From an uncultured virus (IMG/VR IMGVR_UViG_3300025120_014373) (taxonomy: Duplodnaviria > Heunggongvirae > Uroviricota > Caudoviricetes), in IMG/VR virus record IMGVR_UViG_3300025120_014373: a DNA stretch of 64,000 bases; one strand, written 5' to 3'. The notes below the pieces were generated by a model. It was not told where the DNA came from. It saw nothing but the letters and a program-made list of their open reading frames with translations, and ran no database searches. Below, one piece after another: positions 40,005 through 50,110 of the stretch. Within the stretch, counting starts at the first letter, position 1, and the number at the start of each line of letters is the position of its first letter. The translations under genes and the position numbers were made by a program.

Positions 40005-42887
40005 TTAAATAATTCCATCCCAAGGTTCTATATCTAATTCATTTTGAATATTATCAATTCTTACACCAAATCCACTCGATGTGTTGGTAGGAGCGTTAGA
40101 TGCATATAGTAAACCAACAAGTTTAAATGTGCTTAGAGCCGGCATTGTTGAACTTAAACAAGCAAATAAAGCTGAACCTGAATCTCCACCAGCTGCAGGT
40201 GCTCCATTGTTATTTTTCATTTTAAAATCTAAATTTTCAATAAACCGCAAGTAGCCGCTACTAGTAAACCCCGTAACGTTAATACTGCGATTAACGGATG
40301 TCATAATAATCTCATCACGATATAGCCCTCCATATGTACCAAAAATACCACTTGGTGCATAACCAATACCAGATAGACCAATACCATCTGTATAAATTAT
40401 TGTTCCACCGTATTCACCAGCGAAATTTACACTATTCGTATCACTTCCTCCTAGAGAAGCCCTATACACTAACGAACCACATGCATTTGTAACGCTATTT
40501 GGCAGCATGTTATCCCATTTTTTTAAATCAAAATATGTGGTATATGGTAATAAAGTTTGTATATCGTAATCTGTACCATTACCTAGTGTATCAATCCATG
40601 TATCAGCGTTAAAGTTTACACTATTCGAATCAGCTCCAAGCCCATATATGTTATTACCTGATAATATAGTCATCGTTGACTCTGAAGTCCCACGACCATT
40701 AATAGTTTCAGTCTTTTCAGTTATTACAATATCTTCACCATTATATTGTAAATACCCACTGGCATAACTCTGATGGGTAATGGCTGTAGGTTTAGAAAAG
40801 GTTAATATTTTATCGTCTTCAGTTTGAAAGAGTAATGGTGCATAAACGTTTTTACCTAAATCCCCATCCTTATTAGAATTGGTAAATATTTTTTTAATTT
40901 TAATATTTTGACCATCTACTATTAATGGTATTTTAGTGTGTGATAAGTCCGGTGATGACGACAATGACCAATTACCGGTTGGATGCGATGCAATTACTTG
41001 AGGAGGGGTTTGTATAAATCCATTAAAAAGCATCGGACTCATCGACCGCCTATCAACATAACTTATTTTATCTAAACTATAATACGCTGCAAATAAATCC
41101 CCGGATGCTGAAATAGCGTAAAGAAATGAATCATCATTACTATTATGGAAACCAAAATCAATCCATTCCCCTGGAATCCTAGTTAATTTTTCTAGCGATT
41201 GCTTTCCTTCTGTTAAATTATTTACTTCATATGGCAAGCCACAGACATAATTATACGTCTGAAAGCCCGAATTCATTGGATTACCATCGTTTCCATATCT
41301 TGTACCATCTGCCCCGTTCGCTGTTATGCAAATATTTGCACCCATTGTCCATAGCTCATTATCTTCAGTTAAAACAAAAGAACCATCTATATCAAACGCA
41401 GATTTTCTAACTGGTTTTGAAAAGATATTACCATTACTTGATGATAAAGGCGACCAATCACTATAAGGCACCGTGATCGATAATTGTCCAGAAGCTAAAT
41501 ATAAACTATAACTAGTCCTCGCTTGACTGCTAGGATATTTAGGGCCATGATAAATTTTACCTAACTTATTAGTGTATACACTTCCAAAGTAGTTACTAAA
41601 AATGCTTATATTTTGAATACCAGCCGGGTCATTTATAACTAATTCAGGAGAATAATCATTATTACTAGTATAAAATAAACTAATAGTAGGGTTATTATAA
41701 TAATTTTTATAACCTACAATAAATGCGCTTGTTTCATCTGCTGTTGTAAATAGTAAACTAGCTTGCGTTTTACTGGGGTAAAACATCTCAGATTTAAAAT
41801 ACAGAGAACTTATACCATGAAATAGGGTATTAAACCCGTTATTTGTTGTTAATGTTTGATTTAAAGAAATTATTGAAGTACTTGACCGAGGTGTATTACT
41901 CTGTGTGTCTAATACATGGCCTGGGTAACCTAAAGGTCCAAGAGTTCTACCGCTTCTAAAAATAGGAGATTGATAGTTTATAGAAGCAGGGTCCATTAAT
42001 GAATCCATTTCATCTGTAGTTGCAAATTCATATGGACCTTTTTGCTTAAACCATATAACATTCATAGAAGAATCATCTAATAAATTATAACTAGATAATT
42101 CAAGTATAGATGCATCTACTTTATTATTATTTTGTAATGAAAGACGACTAGTTCTTTTCGGTGTACCTATATGATCGACTGCTGGATCAGCATTACCATA
42201 TGGGTTATTAGATAGACTACCTGGTTGTCGACCAGATAAACTAAGCATATTATTTTCTGCCCCAAATCCAAGAGCTTCTTCACCTAATAGTAGGCTTCTA
42301 GAATAAACGTGACTATTAGATAGAGCAACAATTTTTTTATCTTGTTTATCTCTAACAAATAAACCTAAAGTAGCGTCAGTACCACCATAATAGATTGATG
42401 AACATCCTCCTGAAAGAGGTCTTGCTTTCTGCCTATTCCTTTTAATTGGGTTGACACTTGGATTTAGTAAGTGAAAAGAATAATTTATATCTGCAGATAA
42501 AACACTATTTGCAGCCAGGTAATCCTGATGATCATTATAAATACTTTGCAATTGCATATAATCATGACTTTGTTCTAAATTTACACCTACCTTTTCATAA
42601 TATTTTATAACTTCATCGTCATCATTAGTAAAATTAATGCTAGCTTGAGCTGCTTGACTTACTTTGGTTTTTATATCGATACCATACGCAGATAAACTTG
42701 TCGGTAAAATATAATTACTGTTAATATCCTCTAATTTTATTTTTACACTTACTCCAAATTCTACTACTAATTCATCATTACCAGTTTCTTTATTAGTTTT
42801 AGTAGATATACCATAATTGTTTATAAATGGGTACGCTGATATTAAATCTACCTTCGATAATTTTTCTTTTAATTCTTTATAATTCAT
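40005..42887 (-). CDS. Trypsin-like (S1, NAL1-like) serine protease with large internal insertion
   Basis: TLGLFVRD, LSNSHV (His), QPG, VDAS (Asp), RSGRTLG, then GDSGS (Ser) and VGLLYA near the C-terminus. Confidence 0.78.
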   Translation of the reverse strand: MNYKELKEKLSKVDLISAYPFINNYGISTKTNKETGNDELVVEFGVSVKIKLEDINSNYILPTSLSAYGIDIKTKVSQAAQASINFTNDDDEVIKYYEKVGVNLEQSHDYMQLQSIYNDHQDYLAANSVLSADINYSFHLLNPSVNPIKRNRQKARPLSGGCSSIYYGGTDATLGLFVRDKQDKKIVALSNSHVYSRSLLLGEEALGFGAENNMLSLSGRQPGSLSNNPYGNADPAVDHIGTPKRTSRLSLQNNNKVDASILELSSYNLLDDSSMNVIWFKQKGPYEFATTDEMDSLMDPASINYQSPIFRSGRTLGPLGYPGHVLDTQSNTPRSSTSIISLNQTLTTNNGFNTLFHGISSLYFKSEMFYPSKTQASLLFTTADETSAFIVGYKNYYNNPTISLFYTSNNDYSPELVINDPAGIQNISIFSNYFGSVYTNKLGKIYHGPKYPSSQARTSYSLYLASGQLSITVPYSDWSPLSSSNGNIFSKPVRKSAFDIDGSFVLTEDNELWTMGANICITANGADGTRYGNDGNPMNSGFQTYNYVCGLPYEVNNLTEGKQSLEKLTRIPGEWIDFGFHNSNDDSFLYAISASGDLFAAYYSLDKISYVDRRSMSPMLFNGFIQTPPQVIASHPTGNWSLSSSPDLSHTKIPLIVDGQNIKIKKIFTNSNKDGDLGKNVYAPLLFQTEDDKILTFSKPTAITHQSYASGYLQYNGEDIVITEKTETINGRGTSESTMTILSGNNIYGLGADSNSVNFNADTWIDTLGNGTDYDIQTLLPYTTYFDLKKWDNMLPNSVTNACGSLVYRASLGGSDTNSVNFAGEYGGTIIYTDGIGLSGIGYAPSGIFGTYGGLYRDEIIMTSVNRSINVTGFTSSGYLRFIENLDFKMKNNNGAPAAGGDSGSALFACLSSTMPALSTFKLVGLLYASNAPTNTSSGFGVRIDNIQNELDIEPWDGII

Positions 42888-43210
42888 TAGCTTACTATAA
42901 TTTGACCGTTAATAGATGTGTTATTAGTATTTACATAAAAATAAGTACCTGCTATTTTAGGTGTCCACATTAATGTTTTATTAGTAATACCTGAAGTTGG
43001 ATCGTTGTTATACACCCCTGTTACAACACTTGTATCACTTATACTATTTCTAATGGCGGTATCAAACGTACTAGGTAGTATATTTATATCGTAATTTGCA
43101 TTTAATGATAAATTGATAGTTGGATTGCTACCAGAAAACTCTGATGAGCCGTAACTTGCGTCTGATGATAGATTAATAATAATACTACTTGCTGTAAACA
43201 ACCATGCCAT
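42887..43210 (-). CDS. Small beta-sandwich protein, cupredoxin-like
   Basis: WTP..AGTYFY......GQIIV ending; TATAAATA-5nt-ATG. Confidence 0.55.
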   Translation of the reverse strand: MAWLFTASSIIINLSSDASYGSSEFSGSNPTINLSLNANYDINILPSTFDTAIRNSISDTSVVTGVYNNDPTSGITNKTLMWTPKIAGTYFYVNTNNTSINGQIIVS

Positions 43211-43303
43211 ATGAATATTTATACCTGATACTTTTTTAAACTAATATAGTTTCGCCGGAAAATGATAGAAAAAACTATTAGACAACATAAATATAAATAT
43301 ATT

Positions 43304-43888
43304 ATGGCACGTAAATTTTTAGAACTAGTAGAAAATACAATTACAAGAATGTCTAATGGCAGTTTTTTGACCGGTGATCTTGTAGAACTTACAAAAAACT
43401 ATAAAAGTAAAGATAGTTATAAAGTACTATCAGATGATCAAAAAGAATATATCGATACATATTTTGATTCAGATAAAAATTATTACATAGTTAATGTTAA
43501 AACAGACACGTTAACCCCAGGACCTGGTAATAGTGATAATAGAGGTACTAATTTTTTCGTAGATGTTGCAAGAGAATTAGCGAATGGCAGATACGATAAT
43601 CAAGGTAAAGTTACTCTTCCATCAGATATTTTAGATAGAATAGATACCGGTATTAATAGACACCCAGTGCCTGATTCTGATAAGTATGATAATAAGGTAC
43701 AAATTGACCCAAAAGAAGCAGAAGAAAATGAAGAGCAACAACAAACTATGACACAGCAAGGAGATAGCCTTAAAAAGACTGAATTATCGAATGCAAGACA
43801 GAACACTAAGATTCCTTCATCTCCAGCGACTAAATCACCTGCAGTTAATGAAAGTTATACTACGCAGTATATGCCAATTGAAGGTTAA
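43304..43888 (+). CDS. Hypothetical late protein, candidate internal head protein
   Basis: TATAAATA 4 nt before ATG 43304; starts MARKFLELVE. Confidence 0.65.
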   Translation: MARKFLELVENTITRMSNGSFLTGDLVELTKNYKSKDSYKVLSDDQKEYIDTYFDSDKNYYIVNVKTDTLTPGPGNSDNRGTNFFVDVARELANGRYDNQGKVTLPSDILDRIDTGINRHPVPDSDKYDNKVQIDPKEAEENEEQQQTMTQQGDSLKKTELSNARQNTKIPSSPATKSPAVNESYTTQYMPIEG

Positions 43889-44799
43889 ATCTTCTCAAGA
43901 TTAACCCAGCAAGCAAAAGCATTAATCTCTTTATCTAATACAAATACGTCTTTATACATGTGATCTGAAATAGTCACTATATATTGACGTTTTTTATTGT
44001 CATCCAAACTAGAAGTATATACATAATTTAAGTACTGCTTCATTAAGTTATGATAATCACCCTGAAACTCGTTTTCGTTTTCAATTAGATACTTTCTAAG
44101 TTTTAAAGAATCTTTAGATACAATATGCTTGTGTATAACGTTAACTATCTCTTTACTATCAACGCTATGATCAACTGTAAAGATATTACCTATAGTAGCT
44201 TTTTGAATACTATTCAAAACCTTGCGGATATCAGGATAACTCTGCTTAATTAAATTAACAAAATTAGGTTTCTGATCAGTTTCAATCTTGATACCTTCCT
44301 GCTTTACTATATCAATAACACGTTTTACTACATCATCAAACGGCGGCATTAGGTCGAAGAATTGAGTTCTACTTTGAATAGCAGGTATTATTTTATGCTT
44401 ATAATTTGCTGTTAGTATAAAACGAGTCATACTACTATATTCTTCCATTGTATTACGTAGTGCGCGTTGCCCGTCAAGGGTAATACCATCAGCCTCATCT
44501 AAGATGACTACTTTATGTTTCCCATCGAGAGACTTAGTCTGACTAAAGCCTACTACCTTAGAGCGTATAGTATCTATACCATTTTCATCTGAGGCATTAA
44601 TATAAAGGTATTGACACTCTAATATATCATTTACTAATATTCTAGCTAATGTAGTCTTACCTAATCCAGGTGTACCAACGAAAAGCAGATTTGGTATTTC
44701 TTCAGTAATAGATTCAAAATACTTTCTATTACTATCAGATAATACCAAATCTGATAACGTTTTAGGTCTATACTTTTCTACGTATAAGTTATTAAACAT
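43885..44799 (-). CDS. gp44: Sliding clamp loader subunit
   Basis: VEKYRP, GTPGLGKTT, INASDE, ILDEAD, QSR. Confidence 0.95.
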   Translation of the reverse strand: MFNNLYVEKYRPKTLSDLVLSDSNRKYFESITEEIPNLLFVGTPGLGKTTLARILVNDILECQYLYINASDENGIDTIRSKVVGFSQTKSLDGKHKVVILDEADGITLDGQRALRNTMEEYSSMTRFILTANYKHKIIPAIQSRTQFFDLMPPFDDVVKRVIDIVKQEGIKIETDQKPNFVNLIKQSYPDIRKVLNSIQKATIGNIFTVDHSVDSKEIVNVIHKHIVSKDSLKLRKYLIENENEFQGDYHNLMKQYLNYVYTSSLDDNKKRQYIVTISDHMYKDVFVLDKEINAFACWVNLEKI

Positions 44800-44906
44800 T
44801 ATTTTTTTCTTTTTGATGGCTTCGTAACTGTTACCGTTACCGTCTTTCTCACCTTCGCATTACCGACTTTTCTTTCGGTTATCTTTTGTCTTGTTACTTT
44901 TCCCAT
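44799..44906 (-). CDS. 35 aa basic microprotein (absent from ORF track)
   Basis: MGKVTRQKITERKVGNAKVRKTVTVTVTKPSKRKK; TAATG overlap with gp44 start. Confidence 0.55.
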   Translation of the reverse strand: MGKVTRQKITERKVGNAKVRKTVTVTVTKPSKRKK

Positions 44907-44908
44907 AA

Positions 44909-45103
44909 TTAAATATCTGTATAATATCGACTAGTTGTTATATTCGTGGAACATTTACCTTTTCTAATAATTGTTTTACAACTTTCCTTACTACTAATTA
45001 TATCTGAGTTCCCATTAGTTTTCTTACCAAATATTGAGTCATAATTGTCTCTATATTTTGCATGATCTACTCCTTCACGTTCTTTACACCCTTTATATCC
45101 CAT
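44909..45103 (-). CDS. Hypothetical protein (64 aa)
   Basis: Tightly packed between dUTPase and the microprotein. Confidence 0.55.
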   Translation of the reverse strand: MGYKGCKEREGVDHAKYRDNYDSIFGKKTNGNSDIISSKESCKTIIRKGKCSTNITTSRYYTDI

Positions 45104-45105
45104 AA

Positions 45106-45573
45106 TTATTTACCCGATGAACCAAAACCTGCGTCTCCACGTTGAGCTTCTTCAACACTATCAGACCACTCAATAGTAGTATCATATATTTTTTCTATTT
45201 TAATCTGAGCAACTTTATCACCCTTTTCAAATGCATATTTCCTATCATTAAAATTATACATCTTAATTGCACAATCTCCCCGGTAACCATTATCTACTTC
45301 ACCTAAATGCGGTTGTAAATTATGTTTAAAACCGAGACCCGACTTTGGTTTTATTACAAAACCGTAACCTGGTGTTATATATGCTACGGTAATACCGACA
45401 GGTACGACTCCACTAGCTACCTGTACATTACCTACTACATCTGATTTACTTGGTCTAATAGTAGTACCCTCAACAGCATACAAATCAAAGCAATTATCTC
45501 CATCATGGGCTTTGGTAGGTAGTTTAGCATCAGGGTGAGTCTTAACAAATTTAATTACAACTTTTTCTTCCAT
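45106..45573 (-). CDS. dut: Trimeric dUTPase
   Basis: FDL, KSGL, GEVDNGYRG, KVAQ, RGDAGFGSSG; upstream TTGAAT-N16-TATAAT. Confidence 0.95.
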   Translation of the reverse strand: MEEKVVIKFVKTHPDAKLPTKAHDGDNCFDLYAVEGTTIRPSKSDVVGNVQVASGVVPVGITVAYITPGYGFVIKPKSGLGFKHNLQPHLGEVDNGYRGDCAIKMYNFNDRKYAFEKGDKVAQIKIEKIYDTTIEWSDSVEEAQRGDAGFGSSGK

Positions 45574-45631
45574 ATATTCTATTATACTATAATAGTTTAA
45601 TTATTCAACTAATTGAATAAATATTTTTACA

Positions 45632-46090
45632 ATGAATGATGATGTAGATATTGTTGTAGATGATTTACTTTCACAATTAAAGGGTGTAAACGTTGCGCAA
45701 AAAGAATTAGAAAAGCAAGATTTTAATCTAGATAAAGAAAAATTAGAAGATTTTTTACTACAATATTCTGGCAAACTAATTAAAGGTAGTGTTGATTACG
45801 TTGAGGATGTCAAGCAATTTATTACTTCAGCCCCTGATTCAAGAGATGTAGATGCTTTAAGTAAACTAATTGGTGCTTCTGCATCAGCCATTGAGAGTTT
45901 AAATAAAATTCTATTACAAGATAAAGCTAATCAAGCTAAGATACAAGTAAAAGAAATGGATATACAAAGCAAAAAGGAATTGCAAGATAAAAGTAATGAT
46001 CAGGTAGGTCTTACTATTAATAGAGAAGAACTACTTAAACAATTAATTGACGATGCTAAAGTAATTGATGCCGATGTAAGTGGAGATTAA
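45632..46090 (+). CDS. Probable terminase small subunit (gp16-like)
   Basis: Size, helical SRDVDALSKLI segment, C-terminal REELLKQL; late promoter. Confidence 0.5.
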   Translation: MNDDVDIVVDDLLSQLKGVNVAQKELEKQDFNLDKEKLEDFLLQYSGKLIKGSVDYVEDVKQFITSAPDSRDVDALSKLIGASASAIESLNKILLQDKANQAKIQVKEMDIQSKKELQDKSNDQVGLTINREELLKQLIDDAKVIDADVSGD

Positions 46091-46962
46091 ACTCCAGAAA
46101 AGGGTGTATTAATAGTTGTAGTTGTATACAAATTATTATTAAATATGTCTAGAATATTTTGAACCCCTTCAATATTATTTTCGTAACTAACTAAATATGC
46201 TTTATTATCTGGTTGTTCTCGTATATTTAAATTTTTATAAAATGTAATAAGATCCCCTAGATTTTCTCCAAAAACTTGAAATATTTTGCTTGTCTTTTCA
46301 TTAGTAATCTTTTTCTTAGTTACAGATACAAAATTATCGTAAACTAAATTAGCCCCATGTGAGGTTTTAGAAATATTTTCTTGACCATAACCAGCTATAC
46401 TACGAAGATTTCTTTTTAATAATGCATCGTTTTTTAAAGACATTTTTTTAAAATTTTTCAATACCTGTTTACTAACTTTATTATACATTATAGGTGGTAT
46501 CGTGATAGGCGGTCCGCTTGATTCTAAATTATATAAAGTATCAAATATTGGAGTATTAGTTAAACCTAAATTATGATTTACTTCTAATGTCATTCCGATA
46601 TCATCTGAATATGCAGAAAAAATACTTTCATCAATATTATTTACATTTTTTAGTATTGTAACTTTAAATAGGTATAGTAAATTTTGAAATTTTTCATTTA
46701 AATATAATTTAAAATTATTTGGTAATTCACTATTGTTTATTAGTAACTTTTTATTGTTTAGATCGATATATTTTTGAGTTAAATCTTTAATAACATTATC
46801 TGAACTTCTAGTATCGTCTAATTCGATAAAAAAATTAACAACATCTAAAGATATATCTTTAAAAATGTTCAATAATTCAGAACTACTTTCATAGAAACTA
46901 ATATTACCGTTTATCACGGTATCTGCAAGTTCTGGTAGAATATTTTTTTTATTAGTAGCCAT
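46087..46962 (-). CDS. Hypothetical protein
   Basis: 291 aa ORF coupled to upstream gene by TAATG. Confidence 0.6.
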   Translation of the reverse strand: MATNKKNILPELADTVINGNISFYESSSELLNIFKDISLDVVNFFIELDDTRSSDNVIKDLTQKYIDLNNKKLLINNSELPNNFKLYLNEKFQNLLYLFKVTILKNVNNIDESIFSAYSDDIGMTLEVNHNLGLTNTPIFDTLYNLESSGPPITIPPIMYNKVSKQVLKNFKKMSLKNDALLKRNLRSIAGYGQENISKTSHGANLVYDNFVSVTKKKITNEKTSKIFQVFGENLGDLITFYKNLNIREQPDNKAYLVSYENNIEGVQNILDIFNNNLYTTTTINTPFSGV

Positions 46963-48536
46963 TAATCTAGATTCTCATTAAATTTTAAGTCATTAAAATA
47001 ATATGTTTTAACTGCGTATAACTTATTAATATATAAATCATCTTTTATAAAAGTATGTTCGACATTAATTATAAAATACGTACCTAAAAATTTATCATCA
47101 AATTTATTTTTCGGGTCTATACTAGCTCTATCAATAGTTACAAACTTTCCTGATTTCCTAAACATTTGACCTTTTAATGTAACTTCAACACCTAAATTAG
47201 ACATTAAAGTACTCTTTAAAAGTTTATTTAAACCTTTACCCAATCGTACGTTTTCATTACTACTATATAAATTATAAACATTTTCATAGTTAAAATTTAA
47301 TTTTTTAAGATTGGTATTAATTTGAGATGGGTATGGTTGATTTTCCCCTCTCATATTCTGAACATAATTATTAGTAAATTTTTCTTTAGAATTATTTATA
47401 TTACTATCGCTTTGCAAAATATTAAATGTTTTATCTTCAAAATTATATTCATGCACTAATTTAGTATTAACCTGTTCATTTAATATATCAAAACTTGTAT
47501 TGAAAAATCTAACGTTTAAAGCTTGACTTTTTTCATTAAATTCAGGAGTATTTTTAGCTGATTTACCTCCTTGATTACTAACTTTACTAGTGCCTGCCCC
47601 AGAAATATTTATTTTTTCAATTGTATATGTACCGCTTTGATCGTTATCGTTAGCTCTATCAAAAAAACTTTTCATGTTTATTAATGTATATTTACCGGTA
47701 AAATAATCTTTTTTTAGTATACTATAATCCTTTGAGTCTAAATTACTAACATGTAAGTCATACAAATAGTTTAAATCATCAATTGCTTTTTTATATGTAT
47801 TACTCCCATAATTAATCAACGTAGCTCCGTTTTCAAAATCTATATAATTTGTTTGGATGGCATTGGAAGAGGATCTGTCTATATAAAATATATCATCATC
47901 TCCTTGATTTAATGTAAATTTTAATAATTCTCTAATCATTATACCTGTATTATTACCCCTTTCGTCATTATCTAAGTTAAATATAGGTACACCAGATAAA
48001 GTATTACTTTCATTAAAATTTATTGTATTGATCGAGTTAAAATATATATTCTTTTCTAGTAATTTTCTTTCATCCAAATCATACAACTTTAATTTTTTAT
48101 ACAACGCTCCATCTATAATAGTATCTGTATCTTCAACTACTGTAAATAAGTTCCTCAATGAAAAAACTGCATTATATTCTACGGATTCTTCTAACTTATA
48201 ACTTTGTTTTACACTTTTAAGAGGTATAATCTCTAAAAATATAACATCTCTACCATCTCCTCTAAACGTAAATCCTTTTTGACTATTTTCAGAAGTTGGC
48301 ACTGTCCTTTCAATAGCATTATTATCATTGTATAACATTATTTCTGCTTTCAAGAAAGGGTCAAATAAATTATCTACCAATGATATATTATAAAGTGCAC
48401 CTTTAGATAGATCTAATCTATCACCATCAGGATTAACTAAAACAGCTCTTATATAGTAAAATTGACCATCAATTTTATATGAATTTGCTTTAGCTTCTGC
48501 ACCGGTTAAATTATTTTTAATATAATCACTTCTCAT
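46962..48536 (-). CDS. Baseplate hub protein, gp27-like
   Basis: C-terminal G...RKSGKFVTI...FLGTYFIINVEHTF typical of hub/late-control-D folds. Confidence 0.65.
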   Translation of the reverse strand: MRSDYIKNNLTGAEAKANSYKIDGQFYYIRAVLVNPDGDRLDLSKGALYNISLVDNLFDPFLKAEIMLYNDNNAIERTVPTSENSQKGFTFRGDGRDVIFLEIIPLKSVKQSYKLEESVEYNAVFSLRNLFTVVEDTDTIIDGALYKKLKLYDLDERKLLEKNIYFNSINTINFNESNTLSGVPIFNLDNDERGNNTGIMIRELLKFTLNQGDDDIFYIDRSSSNAIQTNYIDFENGATLINYGSNTYKKAIDDLNYLYDLHVSNLDSKDYSILKKDYFTGKYTLINMKSFFDRANDNDQSGTYTIEKINISGAGTSKVSNQGGKSAKNTPEFNEKSQALNVRFFNTSFDILNEQVNTKLVHEYNFEDKTFNILQSDSNINNSKEKFTNNYVQNMRGENQPYPSQINTNLKKLNFNYENVYNLYSSNENVRLGKGLNKLLKSTLMSNLGVEVTLKGQMFRKSGKFVTIDRASIDPKNKFDDKFLGTYFIINVEHTFIKDDLYINKLYAVKTYYFNDLKFNENLD

Positions 48537-48898
48537 TACAATTGCGTTTCGATTGAATCAAGAATTTGTTCAATATATTGAGGTTTTAATAGTCTTATTT
48601 TTATACCATCTGGTAAGCTTTTTATCGGATTGGTTATATTATTTAAAATTAAGATCATCCACCATAAGTCAATTGTACCATATGCGTTATAAGATAAAGT
48701 TGTTAATGGTATACCTTTCGGTAAAATAACATGGTAGAATAACCTTTCATCTATATTATCTGGTATAGATATTTTTTTATTTATGTTATAATAATAAAAA
48801 TTTTTATCACCGGTAGCGTAAACTTTAAAAATATTTTCATATCTAGTTAAATCTAAATTTTTTAAATCGATAATTTTATTTTGATAATTTCCAGACAT
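48536..48898 (-). CDS. gp53: Baseplate wedge protein gp53 (LysM-like)
   Basis: LSYNAYGTIDLWWMILILNNI.NP. Confidence 0.85.
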   Translation of the reverse strand: MSGNYQNKIIDLKNLDLTRYENIFKVYATGDKNFYYYNINKKISIPDNIDERLFYHVILPKGIPLTTLSYNAYGTIDLWWMILILNNITNPIKSLPDGIKIRLLKPQYIEQILDSIETQL

Positions 48899-50073
48899 TA
48901 TATACCTCCTCTTTCACTAACTTTGATTACCGGGTCACCTAAACTACGTATTAAGAAATTTTTTGTTTCTTTATTTAGACCCTCAAAAGTTATATTAACG
49001 TTATATGCATCAGGTACAACTGTATTAATTGTAGTACGGTCATTTAAAGATGAGTTACCACTTATGTTATTAAAACTAGGTATGTCAATTGCCATTGTTC
49101 TTCTATTTCCGATAAAATCTACTTGTATTTTAGAGATATAACTGTATGGCATATATGCCATACCTTCAATATAAAATTCATAAATAACTGGTAATTCAAG
49201 CAAATTTCTATTAATACGACCTGGTTTATTTTGATATATTAAACCAAAAATTAATTGCCAATTTTTTTTAATTTCTTCATAACTACCAGTATTCAATAAA
49301 GGGAAAGTTATATTAAAGGTCTTACCTTCTTGACCAAACTGAAACTGTTTACTTTGTTCAACATAAACACCAGGTTTATCCATAAAAGCAACTCCTCTAA
49401 CCGCGTTAAAACCTTGTTGCAAAGTTTGTGATATGGTATCTAGCCCAGCTAGCTTTTGAGAATCATCAGAAAATGTATTATCAGACCCTAAATAACTATC
49501 ACTTAAATATGGTAAAAAATATTTAAAACCGGTATCTTCAGTATAATATAACCCGTTGTAAGGTTTAAGTATATTATCTTTTTGATTACCTTGATCTAAA
49601 AAACCAGTGGCCATATCTTTATATTTTTCTACGTTTGAACTAAATTTTTCAGCTTTATCAGATATACCTTTTTTAACTCCAGGAAAAGATACCCCTGCTG
49701 CACTTAATGTATCGTATACGTTAAGCTGGTTACCACCTATTTGAATATTTCCACTACTAATTCTTTCTCCAGCACTCTCTAATACTTCAGCTCCTGCTAA
49801 TACACTATAAAAGAAATTGGCTAAAGTTGAGTTTGTTAATAGTCGTTTTTCTTTTATATAGGCAGTAGGTACATCCTCTCTCGATGAAGCTGGGCTTTTG
49901 GTCCACGGGAAAGTAGTTACTACATCGATTGGGTCGGTAGAATTGTTATTAATCTTACCATATATTCTACCATCACCGGTATAACTAAAGGGATTTATTG
50001 TATTAGCACCACCTCTAGTTAATATCGGTAAAATTTGATCCTCGTCAAATGTAAAACTGTATAAGTCAGGCAT
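48898..50073 (-). CDS. Baseplate tail-tube cap, gp48-like
   Basis: Tube-fold-like C-terminus (FNITFPL, P.IY, ISKIQVDF); next to gp53. Confidence 0.55.
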   Translation of the reverse strand: MPDLYSFTFDEDQILPILTRGGANTINPFSYTGDGRIYGKINNNSTDPIDVVTTFPWTKSPASSREDVPTAYIKEKRLLTNSTLANFFYSVLAGAEVLESAGERISSGNIQIGGNQLNVYDTLSAAGVSFPGVKKGISDKAEKFSSNVEKYKDMATGFLDQGNQKDNILKPYNGLYYTEDTGFKYFLPYLSDSYLGSDNTFSDDSQKLAGLDTISQTLQQGFNAVRGVAFMDKPGVYVEQSKQFQFGQEGKTFNITFPLLNTGSYEEIKKNWQLIFGLIYQNKPGRINRNLLELPVIYEFYIEGMAYMPYSYISKIQVDFIGNRRTMAIDIPSFNNISGNSSLNDRTTINTVVPDAYNVNITFEGLNKETKNFLIRSLGDPVIKVSERGGI

Positions 50074-50110
50074 TATAAATATTTAATCCTGGTAAAAATT
50101 ATAGTAAACT

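Noticed and set aside
40330..41930. Protease insertion as an intein or intron
   Set aside because: Frame is continuous; no Cys/Ser...His-Asn splice motifs or LAGLIDADG/HNH motifs seen
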